Of a stretch of 64,000 nucleotides of DNA, positions 49,001-61,472 are shown piece after piece. Source of the DNA: Entomortierella parvispora E1425 (taxonomy: Eukaryota; Fungi; Mortierellomycota); contig BQFW01000002.1 of assembly GCA_020891255.1 (NCBI GenBank), positions 558,001 through 622,000 on the forward strand, in the 5' to 3' direction. The notes under the pieces were generated by a model. That model ran no database searches. It was not told the origin of the DNA and worked only from the letters and a program-made list of their open reading frames with translations. Both the position numbers and the translations under genes were made by a program. Numbering within the stretch: the first letter of the stretch is position 1; each line of letters opens with the position of its first letter.

Positions 49001-50945
49001 GAGTCGGATGTTGATCTTTGACAGATATGGCAAAAGATCGCCTTGACTCTCGCTGTTTTGGCTGGTGGTATCAGAGTCCGCGACTTCCTCCTTGTCGTTG
49101 TTGGTAGTTTCAATCACTTCATCGCTGGGGACAACCAATGTATCCGAACTGGAGTTGGGGAGAGCCTCCCAAATGAAGCTGGCGTTTTCCATGCTGAGGG
49201 CATACTCGTGGTTGGGGTCGGGTGGGGGGATAGGATCAGCATCCTCCGAGAGCAAGAAGGTCTCAATACGCTTCATGGCGACGTAGGCATCGATGGTGGC
49301 GGTGTAGGCGGAAGGAAGGACCATGAGGGGGGTGCGAAGAAGGGTGAAGTAAGCAAGGGCAGGGAAGACGATTCCGGGATTAAGATCGTGCCCCGTTGCA
49401 CCATAGAGGACGAACGAAAGCGCCGATGCAGACACAGGAAGAGACTATTTTGAAGGAGGCAATGATGTCAGACGAGTGATTCGATGGGTATTCTGACTTT
49501 TTTTTTTTTTTTTTGTTTCCTGCAGTCGCACTTACAGCTGATGCAGCAGCCACTGCACCACGGATGTAAAGAAGTCGAGCAACATTGCCCAACTCTGACT
49601 GACGAATTTCAGTGAGTTTTTGAAGGAATCTGGATAGGATGGAAAGAGAACCGTAACGTGTTAATTGGCATTCAGGGATATGATCCCGCACAAACAAATA
49701 AGGACCTACTCTGACTCCCAGCTGAAAAACTTGATAACCTTGATACCCTGAAGGATCTCAGAAGTCAAACGGATTCTTTGATCCGTGAACTCTGACGCCC
49801 GTCGACGGATCGGTCCCAGCTTGGACATTGCCCAGGCCTGAATAGGGTTGACCAAGATCAACATTGCAGCACCGAGCAAAGCCGAAGGTCCCATCAAACG
49901 GATCAAAAGACCGATCACCACGGAGGTGTAGATGGGCACCGAGACCACGAGCAACATGGACAACATGGAGGTGTCAATACGAGAAGCATCCGTCGACATC
50001 AAGTTGACGATCCTTCCATCCGGGTAAGTCAGGTGGGCTCTTGAGGAGATTTTGGTGGCTTTTCTGAAGACGAGGTCGATGAGAGAGGCACGGATGTAGA
50101 TTCCCATGGTCACAGATCCCAAATTCCAACGTTGGTACAACAAGTTCTGGGTAAGAGCCAAGGCGACCATTGCACATGCAAGTCCATATCCGTGCCAGGC
50201 CGGCGGTGTTGGAACCGTCGGGTCATTCGATGCGTCCAGGAAGTCAATAACCTATTTGACGGGTCAAAAGGTAAGAGAGGGGAGGTCAGCGAAATGAGCC
50301 AATGGATCGGAGGGCGAAATAAAGCCCAAATTGCGCCCAAATGTCATCGGCGCTTTCTTACCAACTGCATCACTAAGGGATTAGACACTTGGCAGGCGTC
50401 TATTCGGACAGATCCACAATCGCGTGATGGGTAACGGCCACGGGCGAGAGAAGGGGTGTTGTTAGGGTCGGCAAATAGCACGCTCAAGTCTTGCTTCTCC
50501 AGGTTATTGTTTACTTACCACCAGACTCCATGCCAATGATGCAAGTGTAGTACCGTCTCCAAAAGGCCATAATTGTGGCCCGGATCAACGATGGTCGCTT
50601 GCCCTTGAGGGCCGCTCGCTTCTTCTCGCGCTCCCATTTGTCACTCAGTTGTCCGGCCAAGGTGGCAGACTTGTTACGGTCCAACATCTCGTAGAGATCA
50701 TCCTCTTGGATCCGCTTCTTGTAACCCTTCCAGAAGAATCCGTTCAACCACCAAAGGACAAGACGGGATGGCATCCAAGCAAAGTTTTCAGGAGAGACTG
50801 GGCCCTTGGGGAAGAGTCTCTTGATGAAACCATGCTCTTCATCTACATCGTCCACATTTGTGCTGGTGGAGGAGACAGGGTGCACCTTTTCATCCAGGAT
50901 GACCACATCGATGTGTTTGTCTTTGAGCTCTGATTTTTCGCTCAT
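46034..50945 (-). CDS. ABCC/MRP-family transporter lacking TMD0 (YOR1-like), multi-exon
   Basis: Lasso motif PENFAWMPSRLVLWWLNGFFWKGYKKRIQEDDLY. NBD1: GPVGSGKSS, LSGGQ, LVIMDD. NBD2: GRTGAGKSS, LSAGQ, IVVLDE, AHR. Also FFDTTPLGRIINRF and TTSREVKRLDS. Confidence 0.95.
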
Positions 50946-53900
50946 CGGAGGGAAAGGTTGAAGGGTGGCAACGTGGGTTTAGTTAAGAATGGGAATGTCG
51001 GAAAGATTTGCAATCGGGAAGGAGAAAAGAAGATTGAGATTCCCAGATCGCAAGCAATAGCAGTGCAGTGGGGTGGGAGGGAAGACGGAGAGGCAGGAGC
51101 CAAAGAGGATGAGAAGGGTAGCACCGGCAGAGTTGAACAGGGATGGGTCGGGGCAGGGAGGGGGGTAAATGAATGAGGCCGGATATACCTTTTGCAGGGG
51201 ATGTATTTATATGTTTGTGGGCTTGTTCTGCCAACGTCGATATGGTGTGCTTGCGTGCGAACCCAACCGACCTCTTCCCCCCCAAAATCCAACGAGGGTG
51301 AACAGGGCAAAGGAAGAAGCAAAAGGAAAACAAAGGTGGCCGCTTAAATTCAAGGTCGCACTTCAGATCGGTGCATGTTTGCCCTATTTGGGTGCACAAC
51401 CTTCGCTCTTTCGAACGGACTTTTCTTTTGGCACCTGGCCCTGGCGGAATAGGGTTTGGTCTGGACCACACGCTGCAGGTCCAAATTGCTCCTTCATCTT
51501 TCTTTTTGTGAAGATGGATGATCAGTCGTCCACCCTGGTCTCCCTCTCTCTTGCTCCATCTCCTCTCCTTTATCCCCCGTCAGGAAGACACCTCTGGCAT
51601 GAACCATTTGTCAAAGGAATGCGCCCATCTTTCTGGCGAGGACTGAGTTGGCCCAGTTTGACGGCTCTCCTGCTGCTCGCCTGTTGCGCCCTGCTCCCTC
51701 GGGAATGACGAAATGTGATTGGCCCGGCTAATCCCTTGGGGAATACCCTGGCCACTGCCGTTGCCCTCCTCGTTCTCTGGACTGTGCCCCCCCCCCCCCT
51801 GTTCCCACAGGATGACTCCCTCCTCAACTGCTGAACTCCTCCATTGCAGCACCTCGCGGGTACGTATCTAAAGACACGTCCGTCATTGTATGCACTGTGC
51901 CACATCGGAAGGCCTCTTTTCGCAAGTGACTCTGTCCTAAATTGGCACCCTTCTCAATTTTTTTTCTTTTTTTTTCCCTATCAAGCGCAGCAGGAAGGAA
52001 CTTGTTCTTGATACTGATAGACATTGTTGTGCGGACGAGCCACAACAGGATGAGCTTGTTCAGGCAAAATATTGACCCTGCTTGATAGTTGCGAAGACGC
52101 GATGACCCTTGGACAACCCCACCCCGTCCCCTGCACACACACAAACACACGAAAACACGCGTTCGAGTCTTTCACAGTCAGATCACGACGGAGAGTCCTC
52201 TCTTTTTTCTTTAGTGCTGACTGATGATTAGATCTACTTGCCGCCCTTTATCTCAAGAAGAGTAATGGCAGTCCAGACGAGGTTGAGGAGGGTATCGATG
52301 ACCATGTAGGTTTTTTCAAAGGCTGTGGTCGACATTTACCGAGCGATCAAGAATAGGGTCAACTAGCTTGGAAAACCGAGGCAGCCGTATTCACCGACCA
52401 GCTGACTGTCACACCCTCGGTGCTGATGTAGATTTCAAAGGTAAAATTAGCTGACCTTCCTGACTATGATCGCGTCGCTCTTCTCACTACACCATTCATT
52501 TCAAAGCATGCAGGTCTGGTGAAGTCACTTGGAACGAGTACCCAACGCTGCATCGGACGAAAGGTGAATAAGATACTGAGATGACCAACACCAATCGACT
52601 TTTCACATATCTCTGCGATGGTTGTTGCGTTTCTTGGTCTTGAGGAAAGGCTAGTCTCTAACATAATAGATCAGCAAAGCGGACGGGTGGTCTGTGCATT
52701 CAACAACAGCTGGACTTGAAGCACTTTGTCTCCTCGCTCAAGAGAAGGAGAGGCCGTTGAACCCCCCGTTCCTCTGAAGTCTCTTTTAGTTTGTCAAGAC
52801 AGAAAAGGGGGAAATATGGAACGACCAAAGCTCAGATACTGTGTCATATCAGCCAGGCAACCGAGACAGGAGAGCCTGGGTACCTCTTTCACGATATTGA
52901 CATACCTCTTCCTTTTCCTATCCTGACTTTGATGTGGAAGGCGCGTGTAGAAATGGACCCCTCTTCAGAGCGTGAAGACCTCGCGAATTATACTTTTTTT
53001 TCTTTTGTTTTGGCACAGCACCATGCTTCAATTTGACAAAATCTTGGACCCGAGACACGTCGCAATGGCTGCCGGTGACCCCTTCGCATTTCCCCCATAC
53101 TCAATATTCAACCCCTTTTGCCGCACCCCGAGATTCGCCATGCGGAGGTAGCAATGGCGAACCTTTTTTTTTTTTTTTGTTCAGACGAGTACATGTCGTC
53201 TTGCTCAAGTCTCCTCTCCATTCACGACGAGCAGAGGCAGGAGGCAATTCAATCAGCAATCCAAGGGGATATGAGGGCCCCAATGACAATAAAAGAATAA
53301 AACCACCAGGATAACAAACTGAGCTTCCTCATGAGGCGAGGGATTGCTTTTGTAGGGACTTGGAGAAGGCAAGGGGAGAATGAGTTTGGAAATTAGGTGG
53401 CTGGAGGAGCACGAGGGGTTGAGAGAGAGCAAAGACGCGAGGGGGAGCAAAGAGGGGGTGCAGAAGGGAGAGCCGAGTGCATGGTTGCTTCTTTCGTTGA
53501 TTGGAATGGACCTTGTGGGCGTGGGGGGGACCGCGGCACAGGAAGCCAAAAGACGCTGCAGCGATCTGTTCTTTTCTCCAGCTGTCGTTTTCCGTTCGTG
53601 GTTGTCCTCACGAGAACGAAATAAGGCAAGGATGAAAAGGAAGGATCGTGCTTGCACCTGTTTCTGTCTATCATCTGCACACTTGCATACTCCTAACGAC
53701 ATGGAAGATAACAAGGGGCCTTCCTTGTTCTGTGAAGCGAATCCACTTGGGCATGTGCCTGCTCAGGAGCTTTCCTGTCCAAGCCAGTACAAAGGATGTC
53801 CAGGAGGCATGCACCTCCTTTGCATCGTAGCATGCTCTTCATTATCAAACGTCTAAAGGGCTTCCACCAGTAACAACGAACAGACCAAGAACGCGTTGGA

Positions 53901-54151
53901 GTCGCTGCCTCTTCTCACTGATGCACAGGCGCTGTTCTATTGACCCAGCATGGCAGTGAGGCCAGTCCCGAAGAAGGAGCCGGAGACCGCGATCTCCGAG
54001 AGGCCCAGCTCTTTAAAAGGACGCCGAGGGATCGACCACTCTGTTTCTTCCTCACAACAACTCTTACCTTCCTTTCCATTCCTTGCACCCCCATCGCGTT
54101 TTACATCCCTAATACCTATTCATTTCTTCCTATCAACCTCTTGAATCCACC

Positions 54152-55173
54152 ATGAAGTTTACATCTGCCCTCATCGCCCTCTCTACCGTCTTGGCATTGG
54201 CCCAGGCTGGTGTCGGGGAGGTTGTTACTGGCGCACCTGTTGTTGGACCAGTCGTCGCAGGTGTGGCTCCAAGTGCTGCTCCAGCTACCCAACTTTTGAC
54301 TTCTACTCCCGTTGTTGGAGATGTCGCCAAGGCTGCCCTTCGTCGCCGAGATGGGCCCCTTGGCGGTGTGTCTGCAGCAGAAGGTTTGGTCGATACTGCC
54401 ACCAAAACTGCTACCGGAACTTTGAGCGGTGCTCCTGTTCTTGGAGGTCTCACAAAGCTCGGCCAGAAGCGTTCCAACCTTGAACGTCGTGGCCACAAGT
54501 CGCACGCCAAGGCTGTTGTCCGCGCCGACGTTCATCTCGAGGCTACCATCAACCTCCTTGTCAAGCTCGTGAACGACGTCGTTGCTAACTTGGACGTGAA
54601 GGTCCACGCCGATCTCATTGCCAAGATCGTGGCCAAGATCAAGGCCGACAAGAGGATCAAGCTCAAGGCTGGTGTCGACATTGATGCCACAGTTAAACGT
54701 AAAGCTCTTTGCGCACAATCATGGTAGAAATCTGTATGTTTGCAAAAAGTCAATGTTGTCAGGTGCTGACTCTGTCCTCCCCTCCCTGTTTTTTTTCCCT
54801 AGTTGCGGTCGCGAAATTGTTGAAGTTGAACTTGCACGCTGAGGGACTTTTGAATGTCGATGTGCATGTTTGGATCAAGGGTATCCTCGACGACCTCCTC
54901 AAGATCAATGTCAACGTCGATATCGATGTTCTTATCGCTCACGTTAAGCTTGCCCTCGACGCCAAGATCAAGAACTTGGCCTTGAACTTGGACCTTGGAC
55001 TCTACCCCAAGGCTGTGGCCAACATTAAGGCTCAGGGTCTTGTCAACGTCAAGGCTGACATCGATGCCGATGTCAAGCTCGGATTGGACGTTGATGGTTT
55101 GCTCAAGGGAGTCAATGTCGATGTTGATCTCAAGGCCAACGTCTGCATCGATGGTTTGGTTCACCTTGGTTAA
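54152..55173 (+). CDS. Secreted 305-aa precursor with dibasic sites and V/I/L-D/K alternating repeats, unknown function (2 exons)
   Basis: Signal peptide MKFTSALIALSTVLALAQA; RRR, KR and RR sites. Intron 54699-54802 joins the frames (547+371 nt = 306 codons). Strong high-expression codon bias. Confidence 0.85.
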
Positions 55174-55551
55174 AAACAAAGTCCTTTGATCCTCTCTCTA
55201 TCAAAAACATCTGGGGTGTAGCATGACCCCCCTCCCCCCATGTACCAATAGCATCCACGAGCGTAGCATCATTTATTGGGTAAATGCTCCGCCTTTTCTC
55301 CTATCTATTCTCACTCTATAATACACGTTATCTCTGCTACCAATTGCTCGTCTCGTTGTCGACTACCGCGGAGGCCCGAACGCGTCGCGACGATCGTCCA
55401 AAGTGCCAACATTCATTTTTAGTCTTGATCCCTTAACGACTTCTGTTGCACAACTTGTTTTGTTCCAAAAGTTGACGCTGCTTCTCAATCTGTATTCTCA
55501 AAAATGAGCCTTGTTGGTGAACGAGTGGTAGATGGTACATGCGTCAAACAA

Positions 55552-55621
55552 TTATGAGTCCCCACTCATTCTTGTGGAAATGTGGTTTCTTATGAGTCCC
55601 AAGAACCAACAGAAGACTCAT
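55552..55621. promoter_or_regulatory. Cluster of ATGAGT(C) elements (AP-1/Gcn4-like core) upstream of a small secreted-protein gene
   Basis: TTATGAGTCCC at 55552 and 55590, ACTCAT at 55564 (forming ATGAGT-CCCC-ACTCAT) and GACTCAT at 55615. Function inferred only. Confidence 0.3.
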
Positions 55622-56195
55622 CAAAGTTAGCAACCCGTCTCAGACCCAACCTCCAGGGCCGTTGTTCACCTCGTTGATATCGGACGCTAGGCAAGGTGAC
55701 ACAAGGTCCCAGTTAGAAAGGAAGCATCTCCTTTTTTGAAAACATTAGTCTGCTTACACTAACTATTCGTAGAGTAGTTCTTGAATGGCTCTCTCCGTGG
55801 TCATCTTTCTTCTTCAGGCTACAATTCTTCAAGCTGACTAAAAAAAAAAAAAAAAAGGCGGTTCATAATTGAAAGCGGTTTCTGTCAAGTGCTGCAAAGA
55901 TGGCAAAGATCGAGAAAGATTAGCCAGTTCCTGTGTAAGTTCAATGACCCAGTTCGATGACCCATTCCAAGGATCTATGTTGAACAACTACGGTGCAGGG
56001 AGGCAGGCAACTCCGTGATCACGTCCTCTCCTGCTCGTTCAGTTGATCTACATGAGAAAAGGAGCCAGCCTTTTTTTTTCTGCCCCGTAAACGAGTTCTC
56101 GGCATCTCCTCGTAGTGCAAGAACTTTCTCTTTATCGTCTCATTAACTCATTTTCTCTCTCGACTCTCCACATCCACAATCACTCACTCGCCCAG

Positions 56196-56480
56196 ATGAA
56201 GCCCTCCTTTTCCTCATCCATACTGCTTCTCACATTGGTCGCTGTCCTGTCTTCTATCAGGATGACAACGGCTGAATTGCCCACTGTCGACAAAACGCAC
56301 GCCTTTGCTCGTCGTAAGATGTACCAATTTCCAGAAGGGTTTAGACCAGAGCAGTACAAGACCTATGGAGTTATTCGAGCTCCCCCAGATGTTCCAGGAG
56401 GCGGTCAGGCCGCTCCTCAAGAAATCCGTCATAGTGGCCATGGAAGCGCTCTACCTCGTCCGCCCCCAAAGGCTGAATAA
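56196..56480 (+). CDS. Small secreted protein / peptide precursor (94 aa), intronless
   Basis: Signal peptide MKPSFSSSILLLTLVAVLSSIRMTTA, short pro-like segment ending RRK, then a Pro/Gly-rich C-terminal peptide. Preceded by a CT-rich 5' leader like the other genes here. Confidence 0.6.
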   Translation: MKPSFSSSILLLTLVAVLSSIRMTTAELPTVDKTHAFARRKMYQFPEGFRPEQYKTYGVIRAPPDVPGGGQAAPQEIRHSGHGSALPRPPPKAE

Positions 56481-58316
56481 ACGCCTTTACAACATTCTCC
56501 AGATTCGGTCCCACCAAAAAACGCACAGAAAAGAAAATCTTGAAAGATACATCCCTTCTTCTTTGAAAAAAAAAGTGTGCATTGGTGGCACCGATGAAGA
56601 TGGGAACTCTGGACATTTTTTTTCTTCAGGAGACGGAGACAATAAATAAACAGCGACAGGGAGAGGTGATGAGATTGTCGCAGAATCCTCCTCACGTCTT
56701 CCCTCCTCGTTTTTCTTATTCGGATCAAAAAAGAACTTGCGTCTTTAGAGTCAACATGCTTCTGTCCAATTTCGTGCATGCCTTTGTTCAATCCGTCGCG
56801 TTTTAACGTGTCGTCGTTGTCATTGTTTTTTTTCTTTTCTTTTCTCGATTTGGCCGATAGGGCACAGCAGGCAATTGAGGATGGTCGCCTGTCTCCCATC
56901 GATCCTCCAACCACCCGTCCTAATAACGGAAAACACGGAGCTGACGGCAATGTTTGTTTACATATCCATTGTTCAAATGGAACCACTCGTTGTAAGACAA
57001 GTCAACAGACTCATTCTCTATCCTTCCGAGCCTTTCGTCCTAAACTAGCTTAGTTCGATTGCTAGAAGAGACACGGTGGAATATCCTCCCAACAGATGAG
57101 GGCGATAGGTTCTTGTCCTCTCGTTCGAGATCTTTTGGGAGTGAAAGGGGAGGTCATGCCTCCCTACCACATCGTCACCACAGCGATCAGAAGTTCTTTT
57201 GCACAGTTCATGCAGAATTATTCAGCAGTACTTTCTTCATGTATGTACTGTATTTGCTTAGCAGAAGTAATTTGGTGAAACCTCAGTGACCCTGGGCAGT
57301 GTCATTCCTGAAAAAAAAGAGGAATGATTGTGGGAACGCTCTCCCAAAATAGGTAGAACAGGGATAGAGACGGTATACTCTCAATTACTCTTAACAGAAC
57401 AAAGAAGACGGAGGGGAAGACGAAGAGATATTTTTGACTGTTTTGTTTTTTTTATATCGATATACATGAATGAATCCTAAGATGGTTTTGTAATGGCTGT
57501 TTGTCAGTCGTCCATGATCCGTGACCGATTCTAGCGAGATCTCTCCTTTTTCCCCCGTGCGCGTCTTGAGAGGAAGGAGTGAGAAGAGGTAAGCACCAAA
57601 AGGTGTGGGGAGGGGGGGAGCTGGCGGAAAGCCAGACGGGTAAAAGGTATGTTCCGTTTTCCTGAACTGTCAGCAGTGCGTAATGTGTCGGTATGTCGGT
57701 ATATGTGTGAGTGCGCTTGTTGTGTGTGTGTGTTTTAATCCCTAGGTCATTGTAAAGCAACAGCAAAGAGATGAGTAAGTTGTCTGACCATTGTCATCCT
57801 CCATTGCCTTTCACTCGCTCCCACGAGCAATCCGGGCAGAGCTCTCTCATCGACTGTTCCTGTGTCCACTCGTCCCCACAATGATCAAGAGGGCGAAGCC
57901 GCACCCCAAAACATCGACAGGGGTTTGCCGCCGTCGATTCCTTCCCATGCCGTCGTTGTGCAGAGTGCATGGGCACTGTCACCCCTGCAGCTGACAAACG
58001 GCATTTTTTTTTTGTTCATCGCCCAGTTCAAGCGGACAGAAAAAGCCAACGGAAATGCCGGCAGTCCTGTTCCGAGAAAATGTTCGTTCTTTTTGTTTCC
58101 CTTGCTCCGTTCTTTGTTTTTTTTCGATCCTATCCTGTGCCCGTCCTGTATTGCTGTCCTATCCCACGCTCCATCAGCATCTTCGCCCCCCTCTCTCTGT
58201 CCTCAGCATTTCAAAACAAAGAAGAAAAAACAAAAATAAAATAAAATAAAATAAAAACCACAAAAACCTCCTTGATGTGTGGGCGGATCTTTGTTTTTTC
58301 TTTTCATCTCTCATTA

Positions 58317-58610
58317 TTACCTGTAGTGACCATGTGGGTTGTCATTGTACACCTCACTACTCCGGACCGTCTTTGTGTCCTTTCTGGACAAGGCCCTCTT
58401 GAAGGACTTTGCTCTGTTCATGGGGCTGCTGCCTCCACTTGGGGAGGTTGATCCACCGTCGCCAATAGTGTAAATGCCATCCTTGTAATTCGAATCGTAG
58501 AATTCCTTGTCCCGTTGTTCAAACTCGGGTGTGAGCGCGGCCCGGCGTTTGGTGTATTTACCAATCTTCCAGATCTCGTAGTTGCGCATCAATTTGTCCA
58601 TAAGTCCCAT
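58317..58610 (-). CDS. Small hypothetical protein (97 aa), intronless
   Basis: MGLMDKLMRNYEIWKIGKYTKRRAALTPEFEQRDKEFYDSNYKDGIY.... Coding-like composition between a pyrimidine-rich 5' leader and an A/T-rich 3' region. Confidence 0.7.
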   Translation of the reverse strand: MGLMDKLMRNYEIWKIGKYTKRRAALTPEFEQRDKEFYDSNYKDGIYTIGDGGSTSPSGGSSPMNRAKSFKRALSRKDTKTVRSSEVYNDNPHGHYR

Positions 58611-59924
58611 GTTTGGCTAGGTTGTGAGCGGGCGGGAGGTTCTGTGTTGAATAAAGAGTGGAGTGAAGGGAGTGAAGAGAGAAGAAAACAGTAGAAAGAA
58701 CTAAGGAGTGTAGAAAAAAAACAGGGAATGAAAAAAATGAAAAAGGGTTGTGGAGGTTGTGGAGGTTGTGTGTGACAGTTGAATGGGGGTCGTGGAGAAA
58801 AGGAAAATGTCAGGGGGAAATGAGGGAAAGAATGGAGTTGTGGATGAACTTTCCGAATGAATGACAAGTCAAGGGAAAGAAAAGAAAGGAAGAAAGGAGG
58901 ATATCCTGTGAGAAAGGAGGCGTGTGGTATTTGAAAGAGTTGCCAGATGCAATGTGTGGAGGTGACTCGAGTCAAGATGAGCTGGAGCTGATGGTGAGAA
59001 GAGTAGATGGCGAATGTGCAGGAGTGAGGGCTAGGGGTCAAGACTTGAGGGGGAAGAAAGGACAAAGAAAGAAGGGAAAGAAAGAGTTCAGAGTGGGTTC
59101 AATAAGTTGACAACGTAGAAATTCATTTCGTTGGGTTCTATCCAATAGGCCGATGGTGCAGAGGAAAATGAATCTGTCCTTTTGTTGCAACCTTCTCGGA
59201 CACCAATTGAGTGGTGCGAAGCATTGGGCGTTTTTCTTCTTTATCGATCCTGCATGTCTGTCGGAAACACAACAGCCAGCAACAATGGCAGCAGCGACAC
59301 GAGGAAGAGGAGTGGACAAAGTCTCTTACCACGTTGGATCCATGCGTAGGAGGACCGAGAGCGTTGCCGTGATGGGCCGTTCTCTCGCCATTTCTTTTGT
59401 TCCTCGACCTCTCCCTTGCAGCAAGACGACGGACGGTTTGTCCATCAATCCGTCCTTGGGTTCCCCCGATCTCTCCACCTGCAGAATCCACGGCCATCCA
59501 GGCACGCCGTTCGATCCCAGCCAGCTCAGACAAACAAGAACAGACAAGAAAAGAAATCCACGCCTTTATTTTTACTCTTAAAGAGAGCACTGCTCTCGTT
59601 CTGTGCCACAGAGCAACGAAATGAAAAAAAAAGCGAAAAAAAGGATCAGATCGATCACGTGATCCACGGCAATGCGCCCCTTAACCGCTTCTGCTGTCCC
59701 TGTGTCTCTTCCCTTTGGTTCGTTGCCACGTCAAAGAGAGGCGGATGGACGTGCATCTTTTCATCTGCTCTCCATTCTCATTCCTCTTTCCTTTTTCTCA
59801 TCTCTCTCCTGCTCTCCCTCTCTTCTCCACACTCTTGAGCTCTCTTCCTCCTTGTCCTCTTTACCCTTTATTCCTCTTCCTCGTCTTCATCCACTCCACT
59901 CATCTCCCTTGAAGACACATTGCG

Positions 59925-61333
59925 ATGAGGGTCCACATCCTGCTCGGTGTCTTACTTCTTGGTCTGCTCGCCACCTTGGTCGCCGCCGGCGCTGACTACT
60001 ACAAGGTGCTCAAGATCAGCCGCAATGCCTCCGCCAAGGAAATCCGGAAACAGTACAAACTCCTCTCCAAGGAATACCATCCCGACAAGAACCCTGGCAA
60101 CAAAGAAGCCCACGAGCAGTTTGTCGAAGTCGCCGCCGGTATTTTTATTTTTCTTTTTTTGAATTTCCCCCCTCCCCCCTGGATCCAATTGGAGTTCTCC
60201 CTTTTTCCCCCTTTTCCTTAATTAGTTCATGACTGACATTGCTTGCTGCTTTAATTAATGATAGCTTACGAGGTTCTATCAGACAAGGACAAGAAGGCGA
60301 TCTATGATCGATATGGCGAGGAAGGACTGAAGCAGCAGCAAGGACAGGGCGGTGGCGGGTTCCACGATCCCTTTGATATCTTTGCTCAGTTCTTTGGCGG
60401 TGGATCCCGTCATAACCATGGCCACGAGGAGAGACGCGGACCCGAGATACGTCTGGAATTGGAGGTCACTTTGGAAGAATTGTACAATGGCAAGTCGATC
60501 GAGATCGAGGTTGCCAAGCAGATCATCTGTCCTCATTGCAGCGGATCAGGCGCAAAGTCCTCGGATGATGTCGTTACCTGCACAGAATGCCAGGGTCAGG
60601 GCGCCAAGATTGTCAAGCATATGCTCGCCCCCGGCATGTTCCAACAGTTCCGTCAGACGTAAGTGCCCTTTTTCTTTGTTTTACATCTAGGCTTTTTTGA
60701 GGATCTACCTTTTTTTGTATTATTTTTCTCAAATCTAACTGTTTTGACACGATCTACAGTTGCGACCAGTGCGGAGGCAAGGGCAAGGTCATTCGGGAAC
60801 ACTGCCCTGTCTGTCATGGACACAAGGTTCAGCGTGGATCGGAGCAATTGACCATCGTCCTTGCGCCTGGAGCCGCAGACGGATCGACCATTGTCTTTGA
60901 CAGGGAGGGAGATGAGTCACCCGAGGTCGTCGCTGGCGACATTGTCTTTGAGGTCAGGACTCGCCCCCACAACATCTTTGAGAGACGTCAGGATCACCTT
61001 TACACCTACTTGACCATCTCATTGCAGGAGGCCCTTTTGGGATTCGAACGTGAGATCAAGCATTTGGATGGCAAGATTGTCAAGTTGACCAGAACAGAGC
61101 AGGTCACGCCCTTTGGATTTGTACAAACGTTGAAGGGTCAGGGTATGCCCATCAAGGGATCCAGAGGCGACCACGGCGACTTGTTTGTAGAGTACAAGGT
61201 CGCCTTCCCCGAGTCATTGTCCAAGGATCAGCGATCATTGTTCAAGGTCGCTTTCGGTGTCGAGGCACCTTTCCAAGAGTCTGCTTTCGGCGGCGCCAAC
61301 AAGCAGCAACAAATCATGCACGACGAGATGTAG
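59925..61333 (+). CDS. SCJ1: ER-lumenal type I DnaJ co-chaperone (Scj1/ERdj3-like), 4 exons
   Basis: Signal peptide, DYYKVL...YHPDKNPG J-domain, G/F region, CxxCxGxG zinc fingers ([28 protein letters not shown]), C-terminal domain LQEALLGF...HLDG, ends HDEM*. Confidence 0.9.
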
Positions 61334-61472
61334 ATAGACCTTGTTTTTTATCCAAAAAAAATCCGCTATAGAGAATCACTCCATTTTTGTTTTGTTTGTA
61401 TGTTCTTCTTTCGTTTGTTTGTAACAGTCAGGACAAAAAGGTTGAGAACATCGCAAGGAGCAGCAATATCCT

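Noticed and set aside
51000-54100. 3-kb region between the ABCC and secreted-protein genes with many 60-180 aa ORFs
   Set aside because: ORFs are low-complexity or derived from poly-A/T runs, with no motifs or codon bias; treated as divergent promoter DNA.
54116-55179. Minus-strand ORFs opposite the secreted repeat protein
   Set aside because: Antisense shadows; the plus strand has the signal peptide and consistent splice signals.
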